The position numbers were made by a program, and so were the translations under genes. A stretch of 54,414 nt of DNA from Candidatus Aerophobus profundus SCGC AAA252-L23 (GTDB lineage: Bacteria; Aerophobota; Aerophobia; Aerophobales; Aerophobaceae): the NCBI GenBank assembly GCA_000402295.1, contig AQRW01000183.1, positions 1-54,414 of the forward strand, in the 5' to 3' direction. Positions 35,475 through 44,141 of the stretch are shown here, in pieces (the first letter of the stretch is position 1; each line of letters opens with the position of its first letter). The notes under the pieces were generated by a model. The model was not told where the DNA came from and ran no database searches. It worked only from the letters and a program-made list of their open reading frames with translations.

Positions 35475-35510
35475 GGAAGGCCGATGCTCTACCAACTGAG
35501 CTACCCCCGC
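35475..35510 (-). repeat. right copy of the island direct repeat: 5' fragment of tRNA-Gly(TCC) (pseudo-tRNA)
   Basis: 35/36 identity to 12708-12743. Similarity decays beyond the anticodon (35468-35474), and no T-arm or acceptor 3' strand is present. Confidence 0.85.
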
Positions 35511-35513
35511 ATT

Positions 35514-35630
35514 TTCTCGCCTATGTCCCCCCTTGGCTCTCATAATATATACGGTTTTCTGCCCTAAGTCAATATCGTCCCATTTTAAGTCCAGAATCTC
35601 TTACTCGCGTATCCGGGTGTTCAGAACGGT
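35514..35630 (-). pseudogene. internal fragment of a second integrase copy
   Basis: Collinear nucleotide similarity to int nt 13140-13256 at a constant offset of 22374. It includes an identical run, tctcgcctatgtcccccctt. The translation contains a stop (..LNTRIRE*EILDLKWDDIDLGQKTVYIMRAKGGHRRE). Confidence 0.8.
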
Positions 35631-35727
35631 ATCCTGTAGCCTTTTTGAATTTCTTAGCCTTGTGTTTCTTCTTTTGGCCCAGTGAAGACTCCTATCTGTT
35701 ATTCTTGGTTTATTTGTTGGATCGTAT

Positions 35728-36237
35728 TCACCCTATTAAGAAATATCTGGGTACTCTTTTCACATAATCCTCATACTCTTTCCCAAATTTTTCTATATTT
35801 GTCTTTTCTTCACTTAGCACATAGAGATGAGCCAGGATAACGTATACAACAAAATAAAGCCACAAGATCATATACATAACCGATATTGGGTTCCATCCCA
35901 CTACGATCGCGCCGAGGAGACATATGATACCTGCCAGAACATGGGAGTGTCTGCTGACCTTATAAATACCCCAGTCTACGACTACCTTCTTTTTCTCAGG
36001 ATGCTCTCTCGTAGCCATGAAGCCCAGGGCATAGACCGCTTCCCCGGCAGCAATAATGACAAGTCCAATCCAGAAAGCTGAATTGATACTGAAGGGGACA
36101 AACCACATTAACACCCACCCCACAGCAAAGCCTGCTAAGAAACCTATTACCCAATACCTGCCAGTTGGAGGACCCATTCTCTCCGCTCTTATGGCCCCAG
36201 AAAGAAGCCAACTGATGGCAAAACTCAAGATGTGCAC
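35728..36237 (-). CDS. ICMT/PEMT-like membrane methyltransferase family protein (169 aa)
   Basis: Multi-pass membrane protein with C-terminal YKVSRHSH...EEKTNIEKFGKEYEDYVKRVPRY, resembling the isoprenylcysteine carboxyl methyltransferase family. Confidence 0.55.
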   Translation of the reverse strand: MHILSFAISWLLSGAIRAERMGPPTGRYWVIGFLAGFAVGWVLMWFVPFSINSAFWIGLVIIAAGEAVYALGFMATREHPEKKKVVVDWGIYKVSRHSHVLAGIICLLGAIVVGWNPISVMYMILWLYFVVYVILAHLYVLSEEKTNIEKFGKEYEDYVKRVPRYFLIG

Positions 36238-36344
36238 ATAGAGAGTCTAAAATACCAGGCTGTTCCCATTTTTTATTTACCTCCTTCCTCAGATAATTCT
36301 CAATTGTTCCCATTCTTCATCCTTCATGTTCTGCCTCAAAATCC

Positions 36345-36917
36345 TCATCGTCCATTGGATTTCAACCTACCTAACCACCTGGGGGTTCTGTTAATGTACT
36401 CCCGGTAGGTATCACCATAAACCTCGAGACAGAGTCGTTCTTCAGCGATTCCGTTAATACAATGCAAGATTATGAATAGAACAGAGGCCACCAGAAAGAG
36501 CCAGGAAGCACAAACTATGCCTACACCCCCAAATATGGGGATGTGAGTGAGGTACATGGGATGCCTTGAATAGCGATACAGTCCTCTAGTGACAGGTTGG
36601 TCGGGAGGACTCGCCACGATGTTGAGCCAGACGATGGTGTACATGATCAACCCGAATAAATAAATGGGAAGACCCACGTAAAACCAGATCGTTCCCCCTT
36701 GGAGAGGAAGAAAAATGGAGTATATGAAGAGGAAAAACATGACTATCTTTGAGACACCCAGAATTGTCTTCTCGTTCTTGTTGAGGGGAGCAGTGGAGCT
36801 CGTTTTCCTAAATGTACCTTTATGGAATAGAAGTACGAAGGGAAGTGGTAGCAGACACCACACCATGAAAATCCAGGCATTCCATAAACTCATTTGAAAA
36901 ATTGGTGCGGGCGACAT
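36345..36917 (-). CDS. ICMT/phospholipid methyltransferase family membrane protein (190 aa)
   Basis: GLYRYSRHPMYL...EERLCLEVYGDTYREYINRTPRW is the characteristic RHPxY...EE...G..Y..Y motif set. Confidence 0.7.
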   Translation of the reverse strand: MSPAPIFQMSLWNAWIFMVWCLLPLPFVLLFHKGTFRKTSSTAPLNKNEKTILGVSKIVMFFLFIYSIFLPLQGGTIWFYVGLPIYLFGLIMYTIVWLNIVASPPDQPVTRGLYRYSRHPMYLTHIPIFGGVGIVCASWLFLVASVLFIILHCINGIAEERLCLEVYGDTYREYINRTPRWLGRLKSNGR

Positions 36918-36979
36918 ATTTTACCTCCTATTCCTCTCACACCAAACTCTTCTTCAGAATAAATGACTGCATGTGAATG

Positions 36980-37340
36980 TCAACGCAAAAGGGGACCACC
37001 TGTGTCAAGCTTGTGGCGAACTACACATCCTATGATCAAGGCCAAAGGGACTTCAATCCAGACCGACCACACTGAGGCCGGGTATTTAGAGAGAAGTACA
37101 GCTATAACGTGGATGAATATTGCACTGACCAGAACCAAAACAAAGAATGTGGTTACATACATCAGTTGTGAAGCTCTGGATCCCATTAGGTCTTTGAGAT
37201 AATCTGCAACTTCTCTACCCTCATGCCTAAGAGAAGTCACGAGCGTACCGAAGTCATGGACAGCTCCCATAAACACTGTCCCCAGTATGATCCAAATAAG
37301 AGCAGGCAACAGCGATTATTACAAACACGATGGCGTTCAC
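36980..37340 (-). pseudogene. cstA: decayed carbon starvation protein CstA remnant
   Basis: LIWIILGTVFMGAVHDFGTLVTSLRHEGR matches the conserved CstA GAVHDF...S.RH.G segment. Only about 109 codons remain. A GGAGG-GTG start at 37340 is in a different frame and stops after 28 codons. The rest of the roughly 500-aa protein is missing. Confidence 0.6.
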
Positions 37341-37430
37341 AATTCTACCTCCTTAGAGCTGGTTCATTTTTTACCCCGAAAGCTTCCAAAAAGAGGAATT
37401 GTTTTTGATTGGTCATTGAATTTGAAAATT

Positions 37431-38576
37431 TCACATCAGCAGCTGCTTATTCCCTACTCTTACTCGCTCAAGACCTTCTTCCTCAGCAATCGCCTTCGCC
37501 TTGAAAGCAAAATCCTTTTTGATCAAAGGCTGATCTACGAAGTGATACGCCGGTCCAAAAGCCAGTAGGGAATAGGGAATTGATGGATTGACGGTGGCGA
37601 TGAAACGGGCAATTTTTCTAATTTCTTCCAGGTCAATGTAGCCGGGAACCAGAAGGGTGGAGGCCCGAAGAAAAGGTGGGTCTTTACGCCTGAGATGCAA
37701 TCTACCCAGCTTTTTGAAGTTTTCATAGGTTGCCTTATTGCTTGCTCCAGAAAGCACCTGGTTAAGGTTTTCATCCCAGGTCTTGAGGTCGAATTTGATC
37801 CCTCCCCCACTCTCTAAGGAAAGCTCCGCTATTTTCTTTAACCAAGGCCAAGAAAAATTCCCATTACTCTCCAGGCATATTCTGAATATTCTCCCTTGCT
37901 CTCTTGTTTTCTCTACAATTCTCTCTGAGACTTCCAGAACAAAAGGCATCTGCGGCTCCGGGGTTCCACCAAACCAGCAGGCGCAGGTGAGCGAGGGATC
38001 GGAGAGAAGTTGTTCCACCAACTTATCACTCTTGAGAATTGGTCCCTTCTTAGCCGCCATCTCAGGCCAGCTGGTGTTCTGACAGTAGAGACAATGATAA
38101 CAACAGGTACCGAGAAAAATGGCGGCACTGTTGTACCCTCTATCCCCGTGAGGCCACTTGGCATACTTTGGATAGCCTGCCCCAGTTCCTCCGGCACAGT
38201 GCCACACTGCTACACAATTGGTAGGGTGGGGGTCCTTGTACCACGACCCAATCGCTTTTTCAGGAGTTCCATAGTCACGAACAAGCCTCCCTTGCTCATT
38301 TCGGGAGAGTCCACAATACCCTTCCTCTCCCTCTGAAATACGGCAGTGATTGGCGCAATACGTGCACTCAACTCCCTGCGAAGCTTTGGGAATCTTTGGC
38401 GGAAAGCTGACTTCCTTTCTCGCTCTTGCCTGAGCTTTCATCCCAATCTTTATCGCCTGGGCAGGTTTCTGACGAATACAGCTCAGACAAAGAGAAAGCG
38501 TCCTGGATATCTCTCTCCCCTCTTTCCCGCAGAGCTTACATTTGCCCTTTTGTCCGCTTATCAAATCTTCCAGCAT
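37431..38576 (-). CDS. radical SAM domain protein with N-terminal zinc-ribbon (381 aa)
   Basis: GTCCYHCLYCQN contains the CxxxCxxC cluster motif. The N-terminus has CKLCGKEG...CLSC. Confidence 0.75.
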   Translation of the reverse strand: MLEDLISGQKGKCKLCGKEGREISRTLSLCLSCIRQKPAQAIKIGMKAQARARKEVSFPPKIPKASQGVECTYCANHCRISEGEEGYCGLSRNEQGRLVRDYGTPEKAIGSWYKDPHPTNCVAVWHCAGGTGAGYPKYAKWPHGDRGYNSAAIFLGTCCYHCLYCQNTSWPEMAAKKGPILKSDKLVEQLLSDPSLTCACWFGGTPEPQMPFVLEVSERIVEKTREQGRIFRICLESNGNFSWPWLKKIAELSLESGGGIKFDLKTWDENLNQVLSGASNKATYENFKKLGRLHLRRKDPPFLRASTLLVPGYIDLEEIRKIARFIATVNPSIPYSLLAFGPAYHFVDQPLIKKDFAFKAKAIAEEEGLERVRVGNKQLLM

Positions 38577-38947
38577 ACTCTTATTTCGATATCTAAACCG
38601 TACTTATTATTCTTGTCCACCTCTACCATTCACTCCAATCCCATCATACAATCACCACTAAATTAGTCAAAATTGGGTGACCAAGAGGATAAATACGAGG
38701 TCTCACAAGGTCATTTCCAGCCTAAGACCCTGGCTGTTCTCCAGCCTTATCCCGAATTGAGGTATTAGCCTGGGAGTAAAGGAACGACAGTTCATCTCTC
38801 ACGAATTGCACCCGGCAAACCTTGGCCAAGAGACTACTGGACTTTCGCTGGGATTTGCAATTTGTGCCCCGAGATGAGCTTTGACCCTACCTGGGACTCG
38901 AACAATGAGCATCAAATTTCACTATCCTCCGCTTGCCTGCCAGTGGC

Positions 38948-38976
38948 TTGACAGAGACTAAATGCTTCTTTATTAT
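38948..38976 (+). promoter_or_regulatory. sigma70-type promoter for the PadR-MFS operon
   Basis: TTGACA (38948-38953), a 17-nt spacer, TATTAT (38971-38976). It lies 30 nt upstream of the PadR ATG. The direct repeat ATATCG..ATATCG follows. Confidence 0.55.
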
Positions 38977-39005
38977 ATCGGAATCAGATATCGAGAGACG
39001 ATACT

Positions 39006-39317
39006 ATGGTTAGAAACATCTTTTTGGGATTTATCCGGATGCATATACTGTACCATGCCAGCAAAGAAGAAATCTTTGGGGTTGGAATTATGAAGGAAAT
39101 AGAGAGGCACGGTTATTCAATTAGTCCCGGGACCCTATATCCAATTCTTCACTCTTTGGAAAATCAGGAATACTTGAGCAGTAGAAAAAAAGTAGTTGAA
39201 GGAAAAATCAGGAAATATTACCAAATAACCGGAAAGGGCATCAGTATTCTTGGTGAATCAAAAGAGAAGATAAGAGAGCTGATTAGCGAAGTCCTAAAAG
39301 AAAAACAATATGAATAA
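39006..39317 (+). CDS. PadR-family transcriptional regulator
   Basis: 103 aa. ILYHASKEEIFGVGIMKEIERHGYSISPGTLYPILHSLENQEYL is the PadR wHTH signature. Confidence 0.85.
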   Translation: MVRNIFLGFIRMHILYHASKEEIFGVGIMKEIERHGYSISPGTLYPILHSLENQEYLSSRKKVVEGKIRKYYQITGKGISILGESKEKIRELISEVLKEKQYE

Positions 39318-40515
39318 GCTCGGACCTATCAGAATCTTTGAGGGTATGACCCTAAATATATTCATATTAGGACTGGTCAGTTTATTCACCGACCTGAGCA
39401 GCCAGATGGTTTTTCCGTTGATTCCCCTGTTCTTGACTACTGTTTTGGGTACCGGTGCTTGCGCAGTAGGTATTGTTGAAGGTGCAGCAGAAACAACTGC
39501 TTCTTTGCTAAAGGTGGTATCGGGTTACTGGTCTGACAAAATCAGAAAAAGAAAACCTTTTATCCTCTTTGGCTACTCTTTGTCCTCGATAACAAAACCA
39601 CTATTTGCTCTGGCCAATGTCTGGTCTTTTGTTCTTTTTATCAGAGTAATAGAGAGAATTGGTAAAGGCTTGAGAACCGCTCCCAGAGATGCGATTGTAG
39701 CTGAATCTTGTGATGAGAAGGTGAGGGGAAAAGCGTATGGGTTTCATCGAGCTATGGATGGGATTGGTTCAGTTGCAGGGGCAATGCTTGCTTTCCTGCT
39801 TCTGCCCATTTTGGGATACAGAAACATTTTTCTATTTGCTCTTATACCTGGAGTAATTGCCGTATTTGTTGTCCTGTTTATCAAAGAAAAAAGACTACCT
39901 CTAAAAAAGGACACCAAGGCAATGTCCCTTAGGCTGAGTTTCAAAGAATTGCCCGGAAACTTGAGATTATTTGTTATCGTCTCCTCGGTGTTTGCCTTAG
40001 GCCATTTTGGTTATGCCTTTCTCTTGTTGAGAGCCAAGAATATAGGCTTAGCGGATAATATGGCAATTCTTCTCTACGTTTTATTTTACATTGTTTACAG
40101 TATTTGCACCATACCTTCGGGAATATTATCAGATAGAATTGGGAGAAAACCCGTTTTGATGGCAGGCTACGTATTGTTTGCCCTAACTTCTCTCGGCTTA
40201 ATATTCGCTTCCCATATCCAGGGTATTGTACTTTCTTTCATATTGTATGGGATATTTTATGCTATGATTGACGGGGCCCAAAGAGCCTTGGTGGTGGACT
40301 TGGCGCCGAAACACCTGAAAGCAACAGCACTAGGAACATTCCATGCGGCAATAGGATTAGTGGCCCTTCCAGGGGGATATATTGCCGGAGCATTGTGGGA
40401 TAAAATAAGTCCGGAGGCAACTTTTATTTATGGCTTTACCTTGGCCATAATTTCGCTATTCTTATTCACTCTGGTGAAGAAAAGTGACAAAGCATCGACC
40501 ATGGCCCCCTTTTAG
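39310..40515 (+). CDS. MFS transporter
   Basis: 401 aa with about 12 hydrophobic segments and the motif-A-like GYWSDKIRKRKP. It overlaps the PadR stop by 8 nt. Confidence 0.8.
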   Translation: MNKLGPIRIFEGMTLNIFILGLVSLFTDLSSQMVFPLIPLFLTTVLGTGACAVGIVEGAAETTASLLKVVSGYWSDKIRKRKPFILFGYSLSSITKPLFALANVWSFVLFIRVIERIGKGLRTAPRDAIVAESCDEKVRGKAYGFHRAMDGIGSVAGAMLAFLLLPILGYRNIFLFALIPGVIAVFVVLFIKEKRLPLKKDTKAMSLRLSFKELPGNLRLFVIVSSVFALGHFGYAFLLLRAKNIGLADNMAILLYVLFYIVYSICTIPSGILSDRIGRKPVLMAGYVLFALTSLGLIFASHIQGIVLSFILYGIFYAMIDGAQRALVVDLAPKHLKATALGTFHAAIGLVALPGGYIAGALWDKISPEATFIYGFTLAIISLFLFTLVKKSDKASTMAPF

Positions 40516-40640
40516 ATCACTCGTCCCTCTTTCTTTCTGACAGCCAAGTCGAGTTAGAGATGAAATGATAATATTATGGAAGAGAGGCCAACTCTGATTA
40601 AAAACCCACTCTAAAATGTGCTAACAAGAATTCGGTGCCT

Positions 40641-41654
40641 TCACTGAGCATTCTGTTTCTGCATCAGGAGTGCTTTGTTCCTTTCCTTGAGTGCCTGCTT
40701 ATATTCTCGGTCCAAGGCAACTACCTCAGCATCACTCTTGATTCTTGTGGTCAGAGATATAAGCTGGTTCTGGTAGCCAACGATTTTCCCGTTCTCATCT
40801 AGACTGAGGGTCAGTACCCCTACTTTTTGTCCGCTCGGTCCAGGGTGGACAATGAGCGTTTCTCCGGCGACCAGAGGTTTGTTGATTAAACTTCCGCCGT
40901 GGCCTCCCACAATCAGGTCTATTCCCTTGAACTGCGCCGCCATTTTCAGATCCAGCTCGGTTCCAAGGTGAGACAGAACAATAATCAGGTCTGCTTTTTC
41001 TTCAAGAACAGACAGGTAACGCGACAATACTTCTTGCCAGGGGGAAAACTCAGCTTCCACTTTCTTTTGTTTGCCCGAGAAGTGTGAAGCATCGAAGGTA
41101 ACTCCCAGAATTGCCAGTCGATGATTTCCCACCTCTTTTATCACATAGGGAGGGAACAACAAAGAGTCGTCGCCACAGAGAATCTTTAGATCAGCCGCCA
41201 CAATAGGAATACGGTAGTTCTCCCGGGCTTCGAGAAGGAATTGACACCCGCCCATTAACTCCTGATCACCGATGGTGACTGCGTCGTAACCAATCAGCTC
41301 CAGAGCGGCAAAAATGTAAGAGCTTTTCAAGGGGTCGGAACCGGTGGGGAGGTTATCTCCGGAGTCCAGAACCAGTACCTGAGAATGTTCTTGGCGATAT
41401 TGCTTAATGAATTGAGCCCGTCGGGCCAAACCACCGGACTTGCCGGGACAGGCACACTGTACCAAAAGACCGTTAGCCGTACCAGTGTACAGAATCTCAA
41501 TCGTGCTGTCTCCAGCTTCCAAAGAGTCGCCTTCGGACGCCAAAACCCCCTCCGCAAACGAGAAACCAACAAATCCCAAGAGGGATAGGTACAAAAAGAC
41601 TACCACCACCACCATAGAACTCACTCTTTTACCTGAGTATCTTCTGACGAGCAT
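40641..41654 (-). CDS. secreted 5'-nucleotidase/metallophosphatase-like protein with divergent metal-binding motifs
   Basis: Signal anchor, then LDSGDNL, ITIGDQE, VLSHLG and IVGGHGG, arranged like calcineurin-type phosphoesterase motifs. The first D.H motif is replaced by YTGTANG..CAC. Confidence 0.45.
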   Translation of the reverse strand: MLVRRYSGKRVSSMVVVVVFLYLSLLGFVGFSFAEGVLASEGDSLEAGDSTIEILYTGTANGLLVQCACPGKSGGLARRAQFIKQYRQEHSQVLVLDSGDNLPTGSDPLKSSYIFAALELIGYDAVTIGDQELMGGCQFLLEARENYRIPIVAADLKILCGDDSLLFPPYVIKEVGNHRLAILGVTFDASHFSGKQKKVEAEFSPWQEVLSRYLSVLEEKADLIIVLSHLGTELDLKMAAQFKGIDLIVGGHGGSLINKPLVAGETLIVHPGPSGQKVGVLTLSLDENGKIVGYQNQLISLTTRIKSDAEVVALDREYKQALKERNKALLMQKQNAQ

Positions 41655-41691
41655 TTTCGCCTCCTTGAGTATAAATGAGTATTGGTTCGTC

Positions 41692-43230
41692 TTATGGCCC
41701 CCACAATAAGAAAGCTCCCAGAGCGAAGAAAACGAGGGCCAAAACTAACTTGAGTTTTCCCAGATTTGTCTCCAGAAAACCAGACAATCTCTGCCAGGAA
41801 ACCCCCAGATAAACGGATAAAAATATCAGCAGTAAAGGGAGAATAAACAGGAGATTGTAAAGAACAAGATAAAAAATGCCTCGGGGATTTCCTGGACTGA
41901 TCCTATTTATGTAAACAATGGTGGGAAGATAAATTTGCCCGGTACAGGCCAATTCAAAGAAAGATACTCCAAAACCCAGGAAGCATGCGGCAGGGAAAAT
42001 AGACCAGCCGCCAAAACCCCGGCGTATATTTGAATGAATTGTTTTCTTAAACCTCTTGGGAAGCTGTAGAATTACCTTCTTACTCCTCTTAGTGAGGCAC
42101 AGATAGAAATCGTAAAGGCTGATAGCCCCCAGTCCGAAAGCCAGTCCAATCGCTACATACCGAATAATGTTGCCAACAAGGCTATAGGATGATGAGATTT
42201 TGAGTAAACTAAAGAGTCCCCATCCCACCCCCAGATAGGTCACAAATACTGACAGGCTGAAAAGCATACCCACCACCAGAATTTCACGGGGATTTCTTTT
42301 GAGCAATACAAGGTAAGAAATCAGGAAGATGAGAGTAGCAAAGGCACAGGGGTTTACTCCGTCAGCCAGTCCCGCCACTAAAACCGGGAGAAGACGATAT
42401 GATCTGAATTTTTGAATTATCTTCTCCGGTGACCCTTCTTTTTCCCGGACGATCTCATGAGGCCAGTAGTCAGCTCCTTCTTCCCGATACTTCCTGATTA
42501 GGGACTCGAGTTCCCTCTTGATTTGTCTCTCTCCACCCAAGATGTCCCTCCCGATGACCAGCACCGGAATTTCATTGCTTTGCCTTTGGTATTTTTCTTC
42601 TAAGAGAGAAAGCATTTGATAATTATCGGGCTCGGACAGGGGAAAGGCAGCCACCTCCAGATTAATCTGGAGCTTTTTCCCTAATTGGGGGAAAACCTCA
42701 TTCCTGAGCTTCTGACAGTACCGGCACCCGGGTGAATAGAAGAAGCTCATTCTAACCAGAGGGAGGTTCTGGGTAGCGGGTGAAGACCTGGTAGTCGAAG
42801 CCACTTTGGACTTCTGGGAGAGGACTTCCCCCTCTATAGGCAGTTGAATATGAGGATACTGAGGATCATTAGTGTCCATAAACAGGTAGTGGGTAACACT
42901 ACCCTGGTATCCTTTAGTATCAAAGCTGACTGCAAAAACAGCGGCCCCCCCTGGCTCCACGGCAAGATACCCGGGATTCACTCCGATACACTCGCAGGAG
43001 GGACGAAGATCTATCTGCAGATTTTCAGTTCCGACGTTGGTCACTGAGAAACGAGTTTCCAGAAGGGCGCCTTCCAGTGCTTCCCCAAACTCCCAGCTGA
43101 TCTTGTCCAGTCTCATTTCTGGTGCGCTGGTCTGAGCCAAAGTCACCGGTAAGACGAACAACATAACTAAGAATAAACAACTCAATACTTCCAGCCATCC
43201 CCAGACGGAGATCCGCCAACTTTTCATCAT
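41692..43230 (-). CDS. fusion protein: DUF1573-like N-domain, thioredoxin-like CxxC module, DsbD/CcdA-type membrane domain
   Basis: FSVTNVGTENLQI..PSCEC is DUF1573-like, FFYSPGCRYCQKL is thioredoxin-like, and DGVNPCAF plus multiple TM helices are CcdA/DsbD-like. Confidence 0.6.
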   Translation of the reverse strand: MMKSWRISVWGWLEVLSCLFLVMLFVLPVTLAQTSAPEMRLDKISWEFGEALEGALLETRFSVTNVGTENLQIDLRPSCECIGVNPGYLAVEPGGAAVFAVSFDTKGYQGSVTHYLFMDTNDPQYPHIQLPIEGEVLSQKSKVASTTRSSPATQNLPLVRMSFFYSPGCRYCQKLRNEVFPQLGKKLQINLEVAAFPLSEPDNYQMLSLLEEKYQRQSNEIPVLVIGRDILGGERQIKRELESLIRKYREEGADYWPHEIVREKEGSPEKIIQKFRSYRLLPVLVAGLADGVNPCAFATLIFLISYLVLLKRNPREILVVGMLFSLSVFVTYLGVGWGLFSLLKISSSYSLVGNIIRYVAIGLAFGLGAISLYDFYLCLTKRSKKVILQLPKRFKKTIHSNIRRGFGGWSIFPAACFLGFGVSFFELACTGQIYLPTIVYINRISPGNPRGIFYLVLYNLLFILPLLLIFLSVYLGVSWQRLSGFLETNLGKLKLVLALVFFALGAFLLWGP

Positions 43231-43417
43231 TTAACGACCTGAATTCACCCATTATTACTTCCAGGATTCTAAACGCCAGCAGGAAAAAAATTAATCTTCA
43301 CCAACACACCATCATATCCTAATGTGCCTCTGTCAAAAGTCAAACCTGATTTCCCGATTGAACCTTGTCTAAAACGTGTGACCCCTCGATCGGCCTAGGT
43401 GTTGCTATCAAGGCAAG

Positions 43418-43445
43418 TTGACAAATTAACCAGGACTCTTACAAT
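43418..43445 (+). promoter_or_regulatory. sigma70-type promoter upstream of the MBL hydrolase gene
   Basis: TTGACA (43418-43423), a 16-nt spacer, TACAAT (43440-43445). Confidence 0.5.
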
Positions 43446-43504
43446 CCACCTGGTAGTTTGCTGAGAGAAAACAAAAACTAACAAGTAACCCGAGGAGGTG
43501 AGAG

Positions 43505-44131
43505 GTGATAATAAAGCAACTGGCGGTGGGGGGAGTAGATATGAATTTTTCCTACCTAATTGCCGATGAGATATCCCGAGAGGGTCTAATAATAGACCCT
43601 TGCGGAGATGTGGAAATGATCTTACGGAGTATCAAGAAGAATAATATCAGGATAAAATATATTCTCAACACCCATGGTCATCGAGATCACATCGAGGGGA
43701 ACCAGGCAATTGTCCGGGCCACAGGAGCTCAAGTAGTATGTCACCAACTCGAAGTCCCCCTGGTGGATTCAGACATCACGGTGGAGGACGGAGATATGCT
43801 AAAATTGGGGAACCTAAAGGTAAAGATCATCCACACTCCGGGACACACCCGGGGCAGTATTTGTGCCCTGGTAGAAAATGCTCTCTTGAGTGGTGATACT
43901 CTCTTTGTGGGCTACTGCGGAAGAACAGATGGTCCGGGAGGTAGTTCAGAAGAACTCTACCACAGTTTATTCGGTAAAATCGCCCAGCTTTCTGATGACA
44001 CCAAAGTGTATCCTGGTCATGACTATGGAGAGAAGTCGGTATCCACAATTGGTTACGAGAAGTCTCACAACCCCTATTATCAATGCCGCAGCAACAAAGA
44101 ATTCTTAGAGCTGCGAAGGAAAGGAGTTTAG
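43505..44131 (+). CDS. MBL-fold hydrolase (hydroxyacylglutathione hydrolase-like)
   Basis: GTG start behind GAGGAGG. ILNTHGHRDHIEGN (HxHxDH), IIHTPGHTRGS and YPGHDYG. Confidence 0.8.
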   Translation: MIIKQLAVGGVDMNFSYLIADEISREGLIIDPCGDVEMILRSIKKNNIRIKYILNTHGHRDHIEGNQAIVRATGAQVVCHQLEVPLVDSDITVEDGDMLKLGNLKVKIIHTPGHTRGSICALVENALLSGDTLFVGYCGRTDGPGGSSEELYHSLFGKIAQLSDDTKVYPGHDYGEKSVSTIGYEKSHNPYYQCRSNKEFLELRRKGV

Positions 44132-44141
44132 TCAGGAAGAC

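Noticed and set aside
35355-35543. 62-aa ORF (MRAKGGHRRENAGVAQLVEH...)
   Set aside because: This is a chimeric reading frame made of the integrase fragment fused to the tRNA-Gly fragment. It is not a gene.
38870-38925. tRNA-like T-arm word GGACTCGAAC (minus-strand GTTCGAGTCC)
   Set aside because: The flanking bases do not form a T-stem, acceptor stem or anticodon arm, so no cloverleaf can be drawn.
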